Assembly (NCBI GenBank): GCA_964016885.1
Contig: CAXHJY010000387.1
Span: forward strand, 1-7,000
Direction: 5' to 3'
DNA from: Eledone cirrhosa
Taxonomy: Eukaryota
Length of the DNA: 7,000 nucleotides
This document shows positions 1 to 7,000 of the stretch, piece by piece (position 1 is the first letter of the stretch; each line of letters starts with the position of its first letter). The translations under genes and the position numbers were made by a program. The notes under the pieces are model-generated. The model saw only the letters and a list, made by a program, of their open reading frames with translations. It did no database searches and was not told the DNA's origin.

Positions 1-3000
1 CTACTATCACAACTAACACTCCACCACCAATACCAACACTACTATCACAACTAACACGCCACCACCAATACCAACACTACTATCACAACTATCACTCCAC
101 CACCAATACCAACACTACTATCACAACTAACACTCCACCACCAATACCAACACTACTATCACAACTATCTCTCCAACCACCAATACCAACACTACTATCA
201 CAACTAACACTCCACCACCAATACCAACACTACTATCACAACTATCACTCCACCACCACTACCAACACTACTATCACAACTATCACTCCACCACTACTAT
301 CACAACTAACACTCCACCACCAATACCAACACTACTATCACAACTAACACTCCACCACCAATACCAACACTACTATCACAACTAACACTCCACCACCAAT
401 ACCAACACTACTATCACAACTATCACTCCACCACCAATACCAACACTACTATCACAACTATCACTCCACCACCAATACCAACACTACTATCACAACTATC
501 ACCCCGTCACCAATACCAACACTACTATCACAACTAACACTCCACCACCAATACCAACACTACTATCACAACTATCACCCCACCACCAATACCAACACTA
601 CTATCCACAACTAACACTCCACCACCAATACCAACACTACTATCACAACTATCACTCCACCACCAATACCAACACTACTATCACAACTAACACTCCACCA
701 CCAATACCAACACTACTATCACAACTATCACTCCACCACCAATACCAACACTACTATCACAACTCTCACTCCACCACCAATACCAACACTACTATCACAA
801 CAACACTCCCCACCAATACCAACACTACTATCACAACTATCACCCACCACCAATACCAACACTACTATCACAACTATCACCTCCAACCACCAATACCAAC
901 ACTACTATCACAACTAACACTCCACCACCAATACCAACACTACTATCACAACTAACACTCCACCACCAATACCAACACTACTATCACAAATCTCACCCCA
1001 CCACCAATACCAACACTACTATCACAACTAACACCCACCACCAATACCAACACTACTATCACAACTAACACCCCACCACCAATACCAACACTACTATCAC
1101 AACTAACACTCCACCACCAATACCAACACTACTATCACAACTACACACTCCACCACCAATACCAACACTACTATCACAACTAACACTCCACCCACCAAAC
1201 CAACACTACTATCACAACTATCACTCTACCACCAATACCAACACTACTATCACAACTCTCACTCCACCACCAATACCAACACTACTATCACAACTAACAC
1301 TCCACCACCAATACCAACACTACTATCACAACTATCACTCCACCACCAATACCAACACTACTATCACAACTCTCACTCCACCACCAATACCAACACTACT
1401 ATCACAACTATCACTCCACCACCAATACCAACACTACTATCACAACTCTCACTCCACCACCAATACCAACACTACTATCACAACTAACACTCCACCACCA
1501 ATACCAACACTACTATCACAACTATCACTCCACCACCAATACCAACACTACTATCACAACTATCACTCCACCACCAATACCAACACTACTATCACAACTA
1601 TCACTCCACCACCAATACCAACACTACTATCACAACTAACACTCCACCACCAATACCAACACTACTATCACAACTATCACTCCACCACCAATACCAACAC
1701 TACTATCACAACTATCACTCCACCACCAATACCAACACTACTATCACAACTAACACCTCCACCACCAATACCAACACTACTATCACAACTAACACTCCAC
1801 CACCAATACCAACACTACTATCACAACTATCACTCCACCACCAATACCAACACTACTATCACAACTATCACTCCACCACCAATACCAGCACTACTATCAC
1901 AACTATCACTCCACCACCAATACCAACACTACTATCACAACTATCACTCCACCACCAATACCAACACTACTATCACAACTAACACTCCACCACCAATACC
2001 AACACTACTATCACAACTAACACTCCACCACCAATACCAACACTACTATCACAACTATCACTCCACCACCAACACCAACACTACTATCACAACTATCACT
2101 CCACCACCAATACCAACACTACTATCACAACTATCACTCCACCACCAATACCAACACTACTATCACAACTATCACCCCCACCACCAATACCAACACTACT
2201 ATCACAACTATCACCCCCACCACCAATACCAACACTACTATCACAACTATCACCCCCACCACCAATACCAACACTACTATCACAACTAACACTCCACCAC
2301 CAATACCAACACTACTATCACAACTATCACTCCACCACCAATACCAACACTACTATCACAACTATCACTCCACCACCAATACCAACACTACTATCACAAC
2401 TATCACTCCACCACCAATACCAACACTACTATCACAACTAACACTCCACCACCAATACCAACACTACTATCACAACTATCACTCCACCACCAATACCAAC
2501 ACTACTATCACAACTATCACTCCACCACCAATACCAACACTACTATCACAACTATCACAAACACCACCAATACCAACACTACTATCACAACTATCACCCC
2601 CACCACCAATACCAACACTACTATCACAACTATCACCCCCACCACCAATACCAACACTACTATCACAACTATCACCTCCACCACCAATACCAACACTACT
2701 ATCACAACTATCACTCCACCACCAATACCAACACTACTATCACAACTATCACCCCCACCACCAATACCAACACTACTATCACAACTATCACCCCCACCAC
2801 CAATACCAACACTACTATCACAACTATCACCCCCACCACCAATACCAACACTACTATCACAACTATCACTCCACCACCAATACCAACACTACTATCACAA
2901 CTATCACCCCCACCACCAATACCAACACTACTATCACAACTATCACCCCCACCACCAATACCAACACTACTATCACAACTATCACTCCACCACCAATACC

Positions 3001-5938
3001 AACACTACTATCACAACTATCACCCCCACCACCAATACCAACACTACTATCACAACTATCACCCCCACCACCAATACCAACACTACTATCACAACTATCA
3101 CCCCCACCACCAATACCAACACTACTATCACAACTATCACTCCACCACCAATACCAACACTACTATCACAACTATCACCCCCACCACCAATACCAACACT
3201 ACTATCACAACTATCACTCCACCACCAATACCAACACTACTATCACAACTATCACCCCCACCACCAATACCAGCACTACTATCACAACTATCATCCCACC
3301 ACCAATACCAACACTACTATCACAACAATCACCCCCACCACCAATACCAACACTACTATCACAACTAACACTCCACCACCAATACCAACACTACTATCAC
3401 AACTATCACCCTCACCACCAATACCAACCACTACTCTCACAACTATCACTCCACCACCAATACCAACACTACTATCACAACTATCACTCCACCACCAATA
3501 CCAACACTACTATCACAACTATCACCCCCACCACCAATACCAACACTACTATCACAACTATCACCCCACCACCAATACCAACACTACTATCACAACTATC
3601 ACCCCCACCACCAACACCAACACTACTATCACAACTATCACTCCCACCACCAATACCAACACTACTATCACAACTATCACCCCCACCACCAATACCAACA
3701 CTACTATCACAACTATCACTCCACCACCAATACCAACACTACTATCACAACTATCACTCCACCACCAATACCAACACTACTATCACAACTATCACCCCCC
3801 ACCACCAATACCAACACTACTATCACAACTATCACTCCACCACCAATACCAACACTACTATCACAACTATCACCCCCCACCACCAATACCAACACTACTA
3901 TCACAACTATGACTCCACCACCAATACCAACACTACTATCACAACTATCACTCCACCACCAATACCAACACTACTATCACAACTATCACCCCCACCACCA
4001 ATACCAACACTACTATCACAACTATCACTCCACCACCAATACCAACACTACTATCACAACTATCACCCCCCACCACCAATACCAACACTACTATCACAAC
4101 TATCACTCCACCACCAATACCAACACTACTATCACAACTATCACCCTCACCACCAATACCAACACTACTATCACAACTATCACTCCACCACCAATACCAA
4201 CACTACTATCACAACTATCACTCCACCACCAATACCAACACTACTATCACAACTAACACTCCACCACCGATACCAACACTACTATCACAACTATCACTCC
4301 ACCACCAATACCAACACTACTATCACAACTCTCACTCCAACACTACTATCACAACTATCACTCCACCACCAATACAACACTACTATCACAACTAACACTC
4401 CACCATCAAGTACCAACACTACTATCACAACTAACACTCCACCACCAAAACCAACACTACTATCACAACTAACACTCCACCACCAATACCAACACTACTA
4501 TCACAACTAACACCCCCACCACCACTACCAACACTACTATCACAACTATCACCCCACCACCAATACCAACACTACTATCACAACTAACACTCCACCACCA
4601 ATACCAACACTACTATCACAACTATCACTCCAACACTACTATCACAACTAACACTCCACCACCTATACCAACACTACTATCACAACTATCACAAACACCA
4701 CCACTACCAACACTACTATCACAACTATCACTCCACCATCACTCCAACACTACTATCACAACTATCACCCCACCACCAATACCAACACTACTATCACAAC
4801 TATCACCCCCACCACCAATACCAACACTACTATCACAACTATCACCCCACCACCAATACCAACACTACTATCACAACTATCACCCCCACCACCAATACCA
4901 ACACTACTATCACAACTATCACTCCACCACCAATACCAACACTACTATCACAACTATCACTCCACCACCAATACCACACTACTATCACAACTAACACTCC
5001 ACCACCAATACCAACACTACTATCACATCTATCACCCCCACCACCAATACCAACACTACTATCACAACTAACACTCCACCACCTATACCAACACTACTCT
5101 CACAACTATCACTCCACCACCAATACCAACACTACTATCACAACTAACACTCCACCACCTATACCAACACTACTCTCACAACTATCACTCCACCACCAAT
5201 ACCAACACTACTATCACAACTATCACCCCCACCACCAATACCAACACTACTATCACAACTATCACCCCCACCACCAATACCAACACTACTATAACAACTA
5301 ACACTCCACCACCAATACCAACACTACTATCACAACTATCACTCCAACACTACTATCACAACTAACACTCCACCACCAATACCAACACTACTATCACAAC
5401 TATCACTCCAACACTACTATCACAACTAACACTCCACCACCTATACCAACACTACTATCACAACTATCACAAACACCACCAATACCAACACTACTATCAC
5501 AACTATCACAAACACCACCACTACCAACACTATTATCACAACTATCACTCCACCATCACTCCAACACTACTATCACAACTATCACCCCACCACCAATACC
5601 AACACTACTATCACAACTATCACCCCACCACCAATACCAACACTACTATCACAACTATCACCCCCACCACCAATACCAACACTACTATCACAACTAACAC
5701 TCCACCACAATACCAACACTACTATCACAACTATCACTCCACCACCAATACCAGACACTACTATCACAACTATCACTCCACCACCAATACCAACACTACT
5801 ATCACAACTAACACTCCACCACCTATACCAACACTACTATCACAACTATCACAAACACCACCAATACCAACACTACTATCACAACTATCACAAACACCAC
5901 CACTACCAACACTACTATCACAACTATCACTCCACCAC
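1..5938. repeat. Tandem minisatellite/satellite array, 38-bp unit (39-, 40- and 26-bp variants), about 155 copies, open at the left window edge
   Basis: CTACTATCAC recurs at 1, 39, 77 and onward (period 38). Consensus unit is ACCACCAATACCAACACTACTATCACAACTA(T/A)CACTCC. Variation is concentrated in the ACTA(T/A)CAC(TCC/CCCC/AAAC) segment. Copy number is estimated as length divided by about 38. Confidence 0.98.
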
Positions 5939-6052
5939 TACAACCCACTACTACCACCATCACTAATATCACCACCACAACTACCACATCCACCATTCAG
6001 TACAACCAATGCCACCATTACTACTTACTCAACACCGCCATCAACATCCATA
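5939..6052. repeat. Degenerate ACC/ACT/ATC trinucleotide low-complexity tract flanking the array
   Basis: Reads ...ACTACTACCACCATCACTAATATCACCACCACAACTACCACATCCACCATT... It has the same A/C bias and triplet rhythm as the array but no 38-bp period. Confidence 0.85.
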
Positions 6053-6082
6053 ATAGACAACAAAATGAAGAAGAAGGAGCGT

Positions 6083-6102
6083 CCCCCCCCCCCCCCCCCC
6101 CC
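6083..6102 (+). repeat. Poly-C homopolymer (C20; G20 on the minus strand)
   Basis: 20 consecutive C counted directly. The exact length may be affected by sequencing error. Confidence 0.95.
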
Positions 6103-6205
6103 TCCAATAATTTGATGATGGTAGGAGATGGAGGCCAGTACAACTTGACCTTTCGCCTAAATGAGGTCATTGTGAAAACAAGGAAATATATCTCAACTTT
6201 TGTAT

Positions 6206-6356
6206 GATTGAGGTTGATATAATGGTAAGTTGTGTGGGTGGTAGAGGTGATGTAGTGGGTATAGTGAGGGTGGTGATAGTGGCGATGGTGATATGGTGGG
6301 GGTGGTGGTGGTGTAGTAATGGTGATAATGATGATGATGGATGTGGTGGTGATGAT
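6206..6356. repeat. Degenerate GGT/GAT trinucleotide low-complexity tract (opposite orientation to the array)
   Basis: Contains GGTGGTGGTGGT and GATAATGATGATGAT and is almost devoid of C on the + strand. Confidence 0.88.
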
Positions 6357-6358
6357 AC

Positions 6359-6469
6359 CAGATTGAAGAGAGCTCTGGTGAAAGGCGTTCCAGCCTTGAA
6401 CATCCCGCCTTTAGCACACAAACTCAGCGCATCAAGCAAGACTAGATAATTGTATGTGACCTTCCTTTG
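6359..6469 (-). CDS. Speculative 111-bp internal exon ([37 protein letters not shown]), product unknown
   Basis: On the minus strand, ...CTCCTTTAAATTCCACTCAATGATCTTAG (AG = plus 6470-6471) precedes 37 open codons, followed by CTG|GTATCA (GT = plus 6357-6358). It overlaps the non-repetitive part of ORF 6167..6439. The donor is weak and I do not recognise the peptide. Confidence 0.15.
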
Positions 6470-6543
6470 CTAAGATCATTGAGTGGAATTTAAAGGAGAT
6501 TTGGCTGCTATTTCTAGGAAGTTGTATGACAAGGTCGAAATTC

Positions 6544-6570
6544 AATAAAGTTTTGTCACTGTTTGTGTTG
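6544..6570 (+). promoter_or_regulatory. Possible polyadenylation signal (AATAAA with downstream GT-rich element)
   Basis: AATAAA at 6544-6549, CA at 6557-6558, TGTTTGTGTTG at 6560-6570. The spacing is somewhat short and such motifs are common by chance in AT-rich DNA. Confidence 0.15.
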
Positions 6571-6574
6571 GAAA

Positions 6575-6740
<166 letters not shown>

Positions 6741-6741
6741 C

Positions 6742-6856
6742 AGAGAGAGAAAGAGAGAGAGAGTGAAAGAGAGAGAAGGGCGAGATAGGGAGCGAGAAAG
6801 ACATAGAGAGAGAGCGGGGAATGTAAAAAATGAGAAAGTGGGAGAAAAGAAAGAGA
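6742..6856. repeat. Degenerate (GA)n / purine-rich tract
   Basis: AGAGAGAGAAAGAGAGAGAGAGTGAAAGAGAGAGAAGGG... directly abuts the AT repeat and decays rightwards. Confidence 0.9.
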
Positions 6857-6858
6857 TA

Positions 6859-6976
6859 TACTGTGTATGTTGGTTTCTGTGTTCTATCTATCCATCGATT
6901 TGTCTGTCTGTGTAAATATCTATCCGTCTCTCTATATACACACACAAGTATATATATAAATCTCATATGTATATAT
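6859..6976. repeat. Mixed decayed simple repeats (TCTA/TCTG, TC, TA, CA)
   Basis: Contains TCTATCTATCCATC, TGTCTGTCTGT, TCTCTCTATATACACACACA and TATATATA. Confidence 0.65.
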
Positions 6977-7000
6977 GTGAAGGCGTGTGGCTGAGTGGTT
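6977..7000 (+). mobile_element. Probable 5' head of a tRNA-derived SINE (Pol III A box), truncated by the window edge
   Basis: GTGAAGGCGTG-TGGCTGAGTGG-TT. Bases 6988-6998 match the A-box consensus TRGCNNARYGG exactly, and composition shifts abruptly out of an AT-repeat context. It resembles from memory the head of an abundant octopus SINE. The B box would lie outside the window. Confidence 0.6.

Noticed and set aside
600-1260. Cluster of singleton 1-3 bp indel variants as a distinct subfamily
   Set aside because: The variants are mostly non-recurrent and fall in short homopolymers or dinucleotides, which is consistent with long-read or consensus error.
2517-5776. Thr-rich mucin-like, His/Tyr-rich or poly-Val membrane protein ORFs in the array
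   Set aside because: The dominant unit is 38 bp, so frames shift continually. Indels of 1-2 bp are tolerated and TAA arises in the ACTAAC variants. The ORFs are by-products of a three-letter repeat.
1-5938. CRISPR array (38-bp periodic unit)
   Set aside because: Units are head-to-tail with no unique spacers, no palindromic repeat and no cas genes, and the context is eukaryotic.
1-5938. Telomeric repeat (C/A-rich strand running off the left edge)
   Set aside because: I saw no CCCTAA/CCTAA-type units, and the internal higher-order structure fits a recombination or slippage satellite. Chromosomal position cannot be judged from this window.
6067-6078. GAAGAAGAAGGA after an ATG as a gene start or splice enhancer
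   Set aside because: Too short. The frame runs into poly-C and stops at TAA (6108-6110).
6193-6449. His-rich and Val/Gly/Asp-rich ORFs (6193..6417 -, 6204..6449 +)
   Set aside because: Mostly translation of the GGT/GAT tract, short, with no recognisable domain.

Overview
Non-coding, repeat-dominated eukaryotic (animal-like) genomic DNA. No credible gene can be called, and all listed ORFs except one short unique stretch are translations of simple repeats. Bases 1-~5938 are one minisatellite array of about 155 copies of a 38/39-bp unit (consensus ACCACCAATACCAACACTACTATCACAACTA[T/A]CACTCC). The array is almost free of G on the + strand, is organised into variant zones with higher-order cassettes, and dissolves into a degenerate ACC/ACT/ATC triplet tract (5939-6052). 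Next come a C20 run, an oppositely oriented GGT/GAT tract (6206-6356) and about 220 bp of unique sequence (6359-6577, possible small exon or poly(A) site). These are followed by a compound (AT)n-(GA)n microsatellite and, at the window edge, what looks like the 5' head of a tRNA-derived SINE (perfect Pol III A box). The repeat landscape and SINE head remind me of octopus/cephalopod genomes, but this is recollection and is unverified. I found no convincing new biological system. The best leads concern the origin and internal architecture of the satellite and a possible degenerate fold-back.
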